Below are positions 1 through 10,185 of a DNA stretch of 64,000 nucleotides, one piece after another. Location of the stretch: contig NW_003314315.1 of NCBI RefSeq assembly GCF_000143415.4, forward strand, positions 372,001-436,000. The letters run 5' to 3'. The stretch is from Selaginella moellendorffii. Taxonomy: Eukaryota > Plantae > Lycopodiophyta. The notes beneath the pieces are model-generated. The model was not told the DNA's origin, searched no databases, and saw only the letters and a program-made list of their open reading frames with translations. A program made the position numbers and the translations under genes. The number at the start of each line of letters is the position of its first letter. Within the stretch, counting starts at the first letter, position 1.

Positions 1-1
1 G

Positions 2-1366
2 GTGGAGCTTGCGGTGGCTTTCGCTAGCAAGCACAACCTTCTCCTTGTGGTAAAGAACACTGGTCACGACTACCTTGGAAGAAGCACTGCGAGGGGATCG
101 CTCAGCATTTGGATGCATCACTTGCGGGAGCTGCGCTTTCACGGTGATCTTGGCTGTGATCAAGCAGAGCATTGCGACGATCGAGGGCTGGATCCAGCGG
201 CGTATGTGACGATTGGAGCTGGAGTGACTTGGAACCAGCTCTACGAGGCCGCGCTGGAGCACAGGCACGATATTGTGGGAGCTTCGTGCCCGTGGGTTGG
301 AGCTGCCGGTGGATTCGCACAAGGTGGCGGGCACAGCTTGCTCTCTCCAGTCTTTGGCCTCGCGGCGGACAATGTTGTGGAGCTCCAAGTTGTGACGGCT
401 GATGGGAAGCGAAAGGTGGCGAGCGAGTGGCAAAACGAGGATCTCTTCTGGGCGCTCAGAGGTGGCGGCGGAGGTACGTTTGGAGTCGTGGTTTCACTCA
501 CTTACAGAACGTATCCGGCTCTCGAGAACGCAATCTTTGCGAGCGTGAATGTGACTGCCAAAGATCGCCCCAGTTTTGAGACGCTTCTCGAGGAGTTTGC
601 ACGGATGAATCCGGAGCTTTGGTCTGATGGCTGGTCTGGTTTCTTCAATGTCGGCAACTTTTCACTCTCCTTGAGATACGTGCTTCCAAACAAGACCCTG
701 GCATTCGCTTGCTCCAGCTTGAATTTTCTCCTCGGCCTCCAGCACAACCGGATTCAAACCCACTATTCTCTCAAATCCTACGCATCCTTCTATGAGCTCA
801 TTCAGCAAGCACTGTGCGGAAGCGATCCAAGCTGTCCCAACGTTGGCGGGCCGGCAGGGAATCCAGTTCTTCCAGCTTCACGTCTTATCCCAACTCAAGC
901 TCTAAACTCTTTCCCAACCAAAGTCTCTAGAGCACTCGCGAAGATAGCTCTCGACTTCCAAGTTCCAATCGTGGGTGCCCTCGTCGCTGGTGGCCAAGTC
1001 TCTGTGCCTCGCGACAGCGCCGTGAATCCCGCCTGGAGAGATTCGCTGTGGCTCGTCATTGTTTCGGTGAGCGCCCCAAGATCACAGAGAAAAGAGGCAG
1101 CGACGCTGGTCTCGAGGGCCAACAAGGTGTTGATCGATATCACACCCGGATCTGGGAGCTACATGAACGAGGCCGACTACAACGAGCCACACTTCCAGAG
1201 ATCGTTCTTTGGAAGTCACTACAAGCGGCTCTACGAGATCAAGCAGCGCGTGGATCCGGGAGGGCTCTTTGTGTGCCATCACTGCGTAGGGAGCGAGGAC
1301 TGGACCCAGGATCTTAGATGCAAAACTCAGTCAAACAAGTCAATCAATGTCAACAAGATTGACTAA
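2..1366 (+). CDS. FAD-linked oxidase, BBE/VAO superfamily, fungal-like subtype (5' end outside the window)
   Basis: Intronless ORF with KNTGHDYLGRS (flavin-binding His), GASCPWVG (candidate second covalent Cys), [17 protein letters not shown], and a C-terminal BBE domain YMNEAD...FFGSHYKRLYEIKQRVDPGGLFVCHHCVGSEDW. Confidence 0.9.
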   Translation: MELAVAFASKHNLLLVVKNTGHDYLGRSTARGSLSIWMHHLRELRFHGDLGCDQAEHCDDRGLDPAAYVTIGAGVTWNQLYEAALEHRHDIVGASCPWVGAAGGFAQGGGHSLLSPVFGLAADNVVELQVVTADGKRKVASEWQNEDLFWALRGGGGGTFGVVVSLTYRTYPALENAIFASVNVTAKDRPSFETLLEEFARMNPELWSDGWSGFFNVGNFSLSLRYVLPNKTLAFACSSLNFLLGLQHNRIQTHYSLKSYASFYELIQQALCGSDPSCPNVGGPAGNPVLPASRLIPTQALNSFPTKVSRALAKIALDFQVPIVGALVAGGQVSVPRDSAVNPAWRDSLWLVIVSVSAPRSQRKEAATLVSRANKVLIDITPGSGSYMNEADYNEPHFQRSFFGSHYKRLYEIKQRVDPGGLFVCHHCVGSEDWTQDLRCKTQSNKSINVNKID

Positions 1367-1389
1367 AAGTGACGTAATGCAACCATGAT

Positions 1390-1460
1390 GCGCAGCTGGT
1401 GTAGTGGTATCATAGTACCCTCCCACGGTACTGACCGGGGTTCGATTCCCCGGCTGCGCA
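1390..1460 (+). tRNA. tRNA-Gly(CCC), copy 1
   Basis: 71-nt cloverleaf: GCGCAGC/GCTGCGC acceptor stem, anticodon arm GTACC-CT-CCC-AC-GGTAC, T-loop GGTTCGATTCC; TTTT follows at 1462-1465. Confidence 0.95.
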
Positions 1461-1471
1461 ATTTTAATAAA

Positions 1472-1551
1472 CACGTGGCTTTTGCCACGTGGATAAGTTT
1501 TTTTTTTTTGGACATGTCGCCACGTGTTTTACTTCCAAAGAATGTAGGGTT
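1472..1551 (+). promoter_or_regulatory. G-box cluster (3x CACGTG), GATAAG I-box and telo-box-like TAGGGTT upstream of the 1559 ATG
   Basis: CACGTG at 1472, 1486 and 1521; GCCACGTGGATAAG; TAGGGTT at ~1545. Confidence 0.4.
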
Positions 1552-1558
1552 CTTGAGG

Positions 1559-2017
1559 ATGAGGGCGCTGCTTTCCCTGGTGCGCCCAGCCTGTGGTTTC
1601 GTTTCTCGAGCGATCTCTCCCTCTCGATCACGCTATGCCACTCATCAGATCTTCACTGCATCGGCCAGAAACCAGCCATGGGGATTCCGTGGATTCACAT
1701 CGTCGAGGGTTCTGGGCACGGTGTACGAGGACGTGAGGAGGGAGCTACGGTGGAAGAAGCGCAAGAAGCTCATCAGATTGGGGCTCAAGAAGAGGAAGAG
1801 GAAGAAGAAGCGCAGGGGGAAGGGGATCTGGGCGGAGCCTTGCAAGGCGGAGCAAGAGCGGCAGAAGGATCACTCGCGCTGCATCATCGCGCCCTACGCC
1901 GACGCGCAGATGTGGCCCAGGATGAGCTGCGAGCGCGACCGCCGGCACGTCCTCAAGGCCTTGAACACTACGCTTGTCCACTTCGGCCAGCTCAATAGCA
2001 CCATGAGAAGGGAGTAG
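1559..2017 (+). CDS. Hypothetical small basic protein with an organellar-transit-like N-terminus
   Basis: ATG at 1559 (MRALLSLVRPACGFVSRAISPSRS, R/S-rich with no acidic residues), K/R-rich core, GC3-rich codons. The 5' part of ORF 1385..2017 is only tRNA read-through. Confidence 0.5.
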   Translation: MRALLSLVRPACGFVSRAISPSRSRYATHQIFTASARNQPWGFRGFTSSRVLGTVYEDVRRELRWKKRKKLIRLGLKKRKRKKKRRGKGIWAEPCKAEQERQKDHSRCIIAPYADAQMWPRMSCERDRRHVLKALNTTLVHFGQLNSTMRRE

Positions 2018-2040
2018 TCGATTGGTAGAGCTAGAGATGG

Positions 2041-2150
2041 AATGCCAGAGCTTAGATATCGCGGGAGTGGATACCATGCTGGAGAGGCATTTTCTCTCGT
2101 GGAGTTTGCTCCTGGCAGCATTTGCCCAGAATGGGCATTTGGAGGAGGCA
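2041..2150 (+). pseudogene. PPR gene fragment
   Basis: Encodes MLERHFLSWSLLLAAFAQNGHLEEA, similar to FLPERHLICWSLLLAAYAKRGHLEEA in the PPR at 39582-41042. Confidence 0.6.
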
Positions 2151-2152
2151 AA

Positions 2153-3521
2153 CTAGTCAACCATGCTGACCATTGTTGACTTGTTTGACTGGATTTTTGC
2201 ACCTAAGATCTTGGGTCCTCCCTACGCAGTGATACTGCTTGATCTCATAGAGCCGCTTGTAGTGGCTTCCATAAAACGATCTCTGGAAGTGTGGCTCGTT
2301 GTAGTCGGCCTCGTTCATGTAGCTCCCAGATCCAGGCGTGATATCGATCAACAAGCATTGTTGCCTCTCTCCTTTGTGATCTCGGAGCATTCACGAAGGC
2401 AATGACGAGCAACAGGGAATCTCTCAAGGCGGGATTAACTGCGTTGTTGCGAAGCACCGAGACTTGGCCGCCAGCGATGACGCAGCCCAGGATTGGAACC
2501 TGGAAGTCGAGAGGTATCGTCAGGAGTGCTCGAGAAGCTTTGGCTGGGAAAGAGTTCAAAGTTGGGACGAGACGTGAAGCTGGAAGAACTGGATATCACA
2601 GTTTGGATTGATGATTTTGTAGAAGGATGTATAGGATTGGAAAGATTAGTGTGTCTGAATCTGGCTGTGCTGGAAGCCGAGGAGAGAACTCAAGCTGGAG
2701 CGAGCCTTGTTTGGAAGTACGTATCTCAAGGGGGGAGAAGTTTCTGATATCGAAAAAACCAGACCAGCCATGAGGTGAAAGCTCCGAATGCACCCGCGCA
2801 AACTCCTCGACGAGCGTCTCAAAGCTTGGGCGATCTTCGGCAGTCAAGTCACGCTTGAAAAGATTGTGTTCTCGAAACTGTAAGTGAGTGAAACCACGAC
2901 TCTCCGCCGCCACCTCTGAGAGCCCAAAAGAGATCCTCGTTCTGGCACTTGTTCGCCACCTTTCGCTTCCCATCAGCCGTCACGACTTGGAGCTCCACAA
3001 CATTGTCGGAAACGCTGGAGCGAGCAAGCGCCCACAATCTCGCGCCTGTGCTCCATCGCCGCCTCGTAGAGCGGTTCCAAGTCCGATCGCCACATGCGCC
3101 GCTGGATCTCGCCCTCGATCACAGCCAAGACCACCGTGAGAGCGCACCTCTTGCAAGTGATGCATCCAAATGCTGAGCGCTCCCCTCGCAGTGCTCCTTC
3201 CACTGTAGTCGTGGCCAGTGTTCTTCACGGTGCCAGCGAAAGCCTCCACCTGGGAGACTTGACTAACATTGACCGCGTAGACCGGCACTGACCCTTGCTC
3301 GCGAGCCGGGATCGCGCCAATTTCTCGGTGACGAGCTCGCAGAGACGATGGTTGTAGTGGGGATCGTGATGAGGCGGCCTGGCCTTGAAGATCTTCCAGT
3401 CGCGATCGTGGGGCCAGCAATTTGGATTGCTGTGGCAGCGGCAGCTAGAGATCCCGGGCTTGTCATGTCGAAGCGAGGCACTGGAAATCGCCAAGAGCAA
3501 TGCTAGTAAGAGTTGAGCCAT
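2153..3521 (-). pseudogene. Inverted, frameshifted copy of the FAD-linked oxidase at 2-1366
   Basis: Homologous peptides in several frames: signal peptide [71 protein letters not shown]; many deletions. Confidence 0.9.
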
Positions 3522-3679
3522 TGCTGGTCTACCTAGATTGTGTATTTTATTTCGCGGGAGTGATTAAGATCGTTCTCCGACCACATGGGTTGTCTTTGGA
3601 ATCTTTACAGATTGACAGCCAAGGAAGCAAGAAAACGAATTCATGGATCTATACATTTTGCGAGCTCGACTGTTGTTGT

Positions 3680-3714
3680 CAGCATTTGCCCAGAATGGGC
3701 ATTTGGGGGAGGCA
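3680..3714 (+). repeat. 35-bp direct repeat of 2116-2150 (PPR-coding), bracketing the oxidase pseudogene
   Basis: CAGCATTTGCCCAGAATGGGCATTTGG(A/G)GGAGGCA, one mismatch. Confidence 0.85.
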
Positions 3715-3746
3715 TAGATTTTGCTGCGAGAGATCATCGATGATCA

Positions 3747-5441
3747 TCAAGCCAGTGCGTAAGCTGCCGCATCATCATTCACCACAGCCAAATTCTCAAA
3801 GGCCATCTTTCCGAGAGCCACATTTTCCCACTTGTGACAAGCACCCAGCACGGTCTTCCACGCCACCGGAGTGACTCCATCGCAACTATGATCTACCATT
3901 GCTTTGGACACCGTCGCCACGGCGAGATCCATCTCGTTACTCCGTCCCAGGCCGTCAACCAGGCAATTGTAGTGCTGCGAGCTCGGCGAAACTCCAAACT
4001 TGGAGCTCATGATCTCCAAGAACTTCGAGCACAGTCTTACATCACCGGCGTGGCTGCAAGCCGAGAGGATGTGCACGAAAGTTATGGCGTTCGCTGCTAG
4101 CCCCTCGTCGATCATCCTGTGGAACAATCCCACCACCGTGCGAGCGTCACCTCTCCTGCTGAATCCCGCCATCAAAGAGTTCCAAGTTACCGGATCTCTC
4201 GTCTCCATGGCCGAGTCGAAGACGAGCTGGGCGTTTTGCAAGCTTCCACACTTGCCGTAGACGTCGACGAGGCTGTTTGCTACGACGGTGTTGGCCTCGA
4301 AGCCGGACCTCGCGACGTGAGCATGGAGAAGCTTGCAAACTTCCGTCGATGGAACGCAGGAGCCACAGGCCTTGAGAGCTGCGACGAGAGTGAAAACATC
4401 CGGCTCGACTTGCTGCTCGTGTTTCATCCTGGAGAAGAGCTCCAGTGCCATGCCGGGCTCACCGGTTTCTACACACCCGAGTATGATCGAGTTCCACGAG
4501 ACCACGTCGCGGCGAGAAGTCTCGAAAACCCGGCGAGCATCGTCCAGGCTTCCACACGCTGCGTACGAATCCACCAGGCCGTTGTGGAGGATGCCATCCG
4601 AGCTGAAAAACCCGGCCGTTGCTGCTCGAGAGTGAATCGCCATGACCACCTCCAGGCTCCTCACTTTGACGATCTTTCCAGCGGCGAGCTCGCCATCTTC
4701 TCTCGATGCCAGACCGACGCAAGCTTTGAGAGCAGCACTGAAAGTCCGGCCGTTTGGTTCACAGGCTTCTTCGATCCGAGAGAAAGCCACCAAAGCCGAT
4801 TCTTCCATCCGGTTCTCCGCGAAGCCGAGAATGATCGTGTTCCAGGACACCACGTCTCGGCATCGCATTCTCGAGAAGACCCTGTAAGCGTCGTCGATGC
4901 TTCCACACCTCGAGTACATGTCCACCAGCGCGTTTGCCACGAACAAGTCGGAGTCGAAGCTTTCCACTCGAGCTTGGCGGTGGAAAGCCATTCCTTTCTC
5001 CAAGCTCCTCAACTTCACCACCGAGTTTCTTCCTCCATCCTTGCTCCATCTCTCTTCTCTAGCCGCCAGACCAGCGCAGGCCTTGAGCAGCGCCACGAAA
5101 GTCCGAGCGTTTGGAGCACAGCCACCTGCGAGCATTCGATGGAAGAGCTCAAAGACTTGGATTTCTTGCTTGGAATCTACGTACCCGAGCATCAGGGCGG
5201 TCCAGGAGACGACGTTGGGAGCGCGAATTTTATCCAGGGCTCTGCGAGCATCCACCAGGCCTCCACACCTCGCGTAGGCGTGGACGATCTTGCTGGCAAT
5301 GTAGACGTTTGCGTCCATTCCACTCTGGATGGCGGCAAGGTGGGCTTCTCTCGCCATCCAAAGGCTTTTGGAGCTGATAGAGCCATCGAGCGCCGCGAGC
5401 AAGGCGCAAAATTTCGAGCTTGCGCTCGTTCTTCCCTCCAA
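3747..5441 (-). CDS. PLS-class PPR protein with a (partial) E domain; start codon uncertain
   Basis: Repeated P-L-S motifs (NALVDMYSRCGSIDDA, DVVSWN, TFVHILSACSHAG, HYNCLVDGLGRS, AWKTVLGACHKW); the ORF opens on TTG. Confidence 0.85.
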   Translation of the reverse strand: MEGRTSASSKFCALLAALDGSISSKSLWMAREAHLAAIQSGMDANVYIASKIVHAYARCGGLVDARRALDKIRAPNVVSWTALMLGYVDSKQEIQVFELFHRMLAGGCAPNARTFVALLKACAGLAAREERWSKDGGRNSVVKLRSLEKGMAFHRQARVESFDSDLFVANALVDMYSRCGSIDDAYRVFSRMRCRDVVSWNTIILGFAENRMEESALVAFSRIEEACEPNGRTFSAALKACVGLASREDGELAAGKIVKVRSLEVVMAIHSRAATAGFFSSDGILHNGLVDSYAACGSLDDARRVFETSRRDVVSWNSIILGCVETGEPGMALELFSRMKHEQQVEPDVFTLVAALKACGSCVPSTEVCKLLHAHVARSGFEANTVVANSLVDVYGKCGSLQNAQLVFDSAMETRDPVTWNSLMAGFSRRGDARTVVGLFHRMIDEGLAANAITFVHILSACSHAGDVRLCSKFLEIMSSKFGVSPSSQHYNCLVDGLGRSNEMDLAVATVSKAMVDHSCDGVTPVAWKTVLGACHKWENVALGKMAFENLAVVNDDAAAYALA

Positions 5442-5653
5442 TCGCTGTGATTTCGTGTTGTTTGTAAGCTCCCCGCTGCTATGGCAAGAACAAGAAGGAA
5501 TTTCGCCCTTCCACAGAATGGAAATCGGTCAGTCGCGAGCTCCACAGTCTGAATTGAGAGGTTTACCTGCTGGATCGAGAAATGCGACATGGAGTCAAAA
5601 TGCCCAAGAACCCTAAAATATTGTTCTTCCCTTCATTAGGGTTTATCGGGATC

Positions 5654-7415
5654 ATGCGGGATGCGCCTTCCTTCCGCGTTTCCGCGATCTTCATTTCGGC
5701 CGTCGCCGTGCTGATTCGTCTTCTCACAGGCCTCCATTCCTATTCTGGTCAGTTTTCTCGCGAAGAAATCTCGCTTCTTGAATCGGATCTCTTCCAGGCG
5801 CTGGAAATCCTCCCAAGTATGGAGATTACGAAGCGCAGCGGCACTGGATGGAGCTAACGATCAACCTGCCCGTCTCGGACTGGTACCGCAACACTACTGA
5901 CAACGATCTTGGCTACTGGGGCCTGGATTATCCTCCTCTCACGGCCTACCAGAGCTACATACATGGAGTTTTCATGCGAAAGTTTGACGAGCAGTCGGTT
6001 GCTTTGCATTCTTCCAGAGGCTATGAATCTCTCCACAGGTATTTCATGATCTAGTTGCCTTTCTCCTTTTCATTTCTCTAACTTGCAAGTCTGGGCAGCA
6101 AGGTTCTCATGCGATGGACTGTGGTGTTATCGGACCTTGCTATTTTTTTCCCGGCAGCTATAGCTTTCGTTGCGGCTTATTATCGCCAGAGAAGTCATGA
6201 AGAGCGTGTCTGGGTTCTAGCGCTTATTCTGTTGCAACCGGCTCTGATATTGATCGATCACGGACACTTTCAGGTTCTCTTCTTCCTCACTCTTGTTTCT
6301 AAGTTTTCTGGCATTGCGTTCTTCCAGTATAACTGCCTGAGCCTGGGATTGGCGATTGGTGCCGCGGCAGCAGTCATCTCAAGGTGGGAGATAGTAGCGT
6401 GTGTTTTATTTTCATTGTCGCTTAATCACAAGCAGGTAAATCCGACTATAGCTCAACAAATTCTCATGAATGCGTACTTTTGCAGATGAGCATGTATTAC
6501 GCTCCCGCGTTCTTTTCGCATCTCCTGGGGATTTCTTTGAGAAAGAAGTACCCGGTGCTGAATGTTTTGAAGCTTGGAGCTGCCGTTTTATCGACTTTTG
6601 CTCTTTGCTGGTGGCCATTTTTGCATTCCAGAGAAGCAGTGTTACAGGTAATCAAACCATCGGTAATACCCGTGCTTTACATGTTTCTACACAGGTTCTG
6701 AGTCGCCTGGTTCCAATCCATCGGGGATTGTTTGAGGACTACGTGAGCAATTTTTGGTGTGTTTCTAACCTGCTCATAAAGTGGAAACAGCTGCTCCCAG
6801 ATCGAGTGCTTGTTCAGCTTGCGTTCGTGGCCACTTTGGCCTGTATACTGCCGTCTATGCTTCAGCAGATACTCAGGCCAAGCAGGAGAGGCTTCCTCCT
6901 GGCGATGTTCAATTGCTCGTTTGCCTTCTATTTCTTCTCTTACCAAGGTGACTATCTTCGATTGGTATTTTGTACCGCTGACTTGCTAAAGCTTTTGGTT
7001 GTCAGTGCACGAGAAATCTATTCTTCTTCCTGTAATTCCGGGAACGCTTCTCGCTTTAGATGAGCCACTCGTTTGGAGATGGCTGATACCAGGTGCACTC
7101 ATGTCCATGTTCCCTTTGCTCGTTCGAGATGGTCTCCTGCTCCCATATTTCGCGTTGCTGCTGCTCTTCTTCCTCGGTTTTGTTCCACTCAGGAGTTTCA
7201 ACCCAGTAGCAGCATCCTCACTGCTTGGTGGCTTCGTTCTTCATCTCACTTATCTGCTGCTGGATCCACCTGCGAGATACCCATACCTTTTTGAGGCTTT
7301 TATTGCAGCCTACACATTCGCATACTTCGCCGCGATCTTTCTGTACACAAACTACCGCCAGTGGTCCAGGAATCGAGTTTTATCGTCTACACAAAAACGG
7401 AAAAAAAAAGTATGA
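5654..7415 (+). CDS. ALG6: Dolichyl-PP-Man9GlcNAc2 alpha-1,3-glucosyltransferase (multi-exon)
   Basis: Spliced peptides PPKYGDYEAQRHWME, YWGLDYPPLTAY, LIDHGHFQYN, RGLFEDYVSNFWC, VHEKSILL; C-terminal KKKV ER-retrieval motif; GT-AG introns. Confidence 0.93.
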
Positions 7416-7824
7416 GTTGACACAGGTACGCTTTATCTAGAATTTCCTGCATGTACTGACATTAGTTTTGTAGTACTAACTGAAGATGAGCGCTTCTTAA
7501 GCCGTTGTTTCCTTCCGCGTCAATTTGGTAGGGACGCGTCTTAATAGCAGTTTCCTTTTCGTCTCCAATCCGGCATGAATAGGTCGGTTCTCTGTGGATC
7601 CTTTGTCCCTGCCCTTCTTTCTCAAGTTGCATCCTTGACTTTGTTTTAGAATAACAGCAAGCAAATGTCTGATCGTGTCGTCTGAGTTAGCTGTCCCCTT
7701 CTCGGTTCCGTCTTTCTCTTGAGACGGCGCTTTCTCTACGACTTTGCTCACAATGGTGTTCTTCATCCTCCATTGTTATTCTCCTCTTCGGTTCCTCTTC
7801 TGAATTGCATTCACTCCTATCAGC

Positions 7825-9860
7825 ATGCAGGCCTTTTTAGTCCTCCTTTTCAATCTCGCTTTTGCGAGTTCCCTGGATTTTAGAATTATTCACAGATACT
7901 CGGATGAGGCAAGGGGGCTCTTGGGTCTAGGAGAAGAGCCAGCTCCTCCGGTGAGAGGCAGCTTAGATTACCACAGGCTGCTGCTCAAGCACGACCTGTC
8001 AAAGCACGGCCGAGAGCTGCTCACTGGCAACGACAGTCTAGCGCTACTGCAAGGCAATTATACTGAGGATCTGGGACCGAGGTTCGGAGGGTAAGGTAGA
8101 CGATCTCTTAAAGTTTTTCATTATCCAATCGAATTCGCTTCTCTTCTCACAAATCTGTTGCTTTCAGAATTCACTACACGTTTGTGGATATAGGCACTCC
8201 AAATGTTTCTTTTCTGGTGGCACTTGACACTGGGAGTGACTTGTTTTGGGTTCCCTGCGACTGTAAGCACTGCCAGTCCGTCTCTCCATCGGAGTTTCCC
8301 ACTTTGGTATGTGTTTCACTAGAAATTGTTCTTGAAGGTTTGACCGTGCCTTTCAGAAGAAGAGGCTTACATACTTCACAACAAACAGTTCGACGACCAA
8401 CAAGCTACTCACTTGTGGCGACAAGGCTTGCTCCAGCAGCTCGTGCACCGGCAACTCCTCAGTCTGTCCATACACGGTTAGATATCTTTCAGAGAACACT
8501 TCTACGTCAGGAAAACTAGTGGAGGATGTGATTCACCTTTTCAAGCCAGCGACAAGCTCTGCCATTACTGCCAGAATCATTTTTGGGTGAGGATGTTTTC
8601 CATTCTTCAGAGCTTTTCTTGACTATTTGCAGCAAACAGGTGTGGGGAGCAGCAAACGGGATTGTTTCTACGTGGTGGTGCTCCCAATGGACTCCTGGGA
8701 TTGGGGCCGGGAGACGTGTCGCTGCCAAGCATGCTCGCCAAAGACGGTCTCATAAACGACACATTTTCAATGTGCTTTGACACCGATGGATCGGGACGGA
8801 TTCTTTTCGGTGATCGGGGAGCTAAATCGCAGCAAACCACTTCCTTCATTCCAAACTCTGGCGTTAAGTAAGTGATAGTTGAGTTTTCGTTTTTGAGCCA
8901 GCTGCGATGAAACATTTTGCAGAAGTGCATACGATGTTGGTATTGAACAGTTTACTGTTGGCGGGCGAAACATCACTTTTAGAAGCTTCAATGCACTCTT
9001 TGATACCGGGACAACGTTGACGTACCTTCAGTCCGATGCCTACCAGCGTGTGACAGAAGCAGTAAGCCCAGTTTAAAACTTTGTTTTTGTGTGCCAAACA
9101 TTCTCCTGGTGACGCAGTTCGACAGCCAGATCAATCTCAGAAGAATAACAAACGTGGACTTGTCCCCTTATGAGTATTGCTACCGATTGAAGTTAGTCTT
9201 TGTTTGAGTTTAATCTTTCGAGCCGGTCTCACACAGACTTGTGTTTGTCATGCAGCGGCAACGAAGATACAGTAACAGACATTCCAGCACCATCATTGTC
9301 GCTAACATTTCAAGGAGGAGGGAATTTTTCTGTGGTAGATCCTCTGGTGTTGGTCATCGGCTCGGACGTAAGTTATCTCTCGGTGCTTTGTTTAAACGAA
9401 AACTCAAATCCATTCGTTGGCTTGCAGAGTAGAGTACTGGGATTTTGTTTAGCGGTTCTCGAGAGCAACTTTCCCATCATCGGCCGTAAGTGCTGCGTTT
9501 TCGCTAGAATCAAGCTGAGAAAACCTTTGTGTACTGCGCAGAGAACTTCATGGGAGGCTACAGATTCGCTTTCGATCGGGAGCGCTCGACGCTGGGATGG
9601 TCGCCCGCCAATTGTAAGTGTTCGCTCCATCTTCTCCAAGTTTAAGCTCTCGCTCGGCTTTGTCTCGTCCAGGCTATCATTTGGAAGACGGGGCATCGTT
9701 CGAGCACACTCCATCGCCGATCAATCAACCCGTCTCCCAGAATCGAAACGACAACAGTCCATTCCTCAAGCCTCCACAGCAGGAGGCGGCCGCGAGTTTT
9801 GGTATCACCCAAACTTCCAGCGTTTTCGTCGTTCTATTCTTCCTGTTCATCCTATTTTGA
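7825..9860 (+). CDS. Secreted A1 aspartic protease with a probable C-terminal membrane/GPI anchor (multi-exon)
   Basis: Signal peptide; IGTPNVSFLVALDTGSDLFWVPCDC; APNGLLGLG; second catalytic FDTGT; hydrophobic C-terminus VFVVLFFLFILF. Confidence 0.9.
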
Positions 9861-10185
9861 AAAGTTGGATATTCTATCGAGATTGATTTGTATCCGTTGG
9901 ATCCAATCTTAGCCTTATCAAGGGCTGGGATGTTCTCTGACCGCTCTGACCAACCAGTCAACAATGCGTGGTGGACGAGGTTTGGTGGGCTAGTGAGGAA
10001 TGACGTCGCGATTTAGGGTTCTTCAGGCGTGCCTCGCGTGTTCCTCGTGAGATCTTCCATCGCCAAGCTCAATCGAGGTAGCAAACCGTAATTCCATCCT
10101 CCTCTAAGGCCCTCGTAGCTACATTCATCGATTCATTCTCATCTTTCCTTGCTCCTGTCCCAGGGCAAGCCGCAGAGGAGGAGCT

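Noticed and set aside
1385-1558. ORF N-termini 'RSWCSGIIVPSHGTDRGSIPRLR' shared by 1385..2017 and 39582..41180
   Set aside because: These are translations of the tRNA-Gly gene, not a shared protein domain
1461-1560. tRNA-Gly-snoRNA dicistron as known in angiosperms
   Set aside because: No C/D box pair is seen directly after any tRNA copy; T-runs follow instead
4119-5450. Long antisense or alternative-frame ORFs (4119..5450, 10069..11205, 35546..36508, 48810..50099 and others)
   Set aside because: Shadow ORFs expected from GC3-rich coding sequence; they overlap well-supported genes and show no motifs
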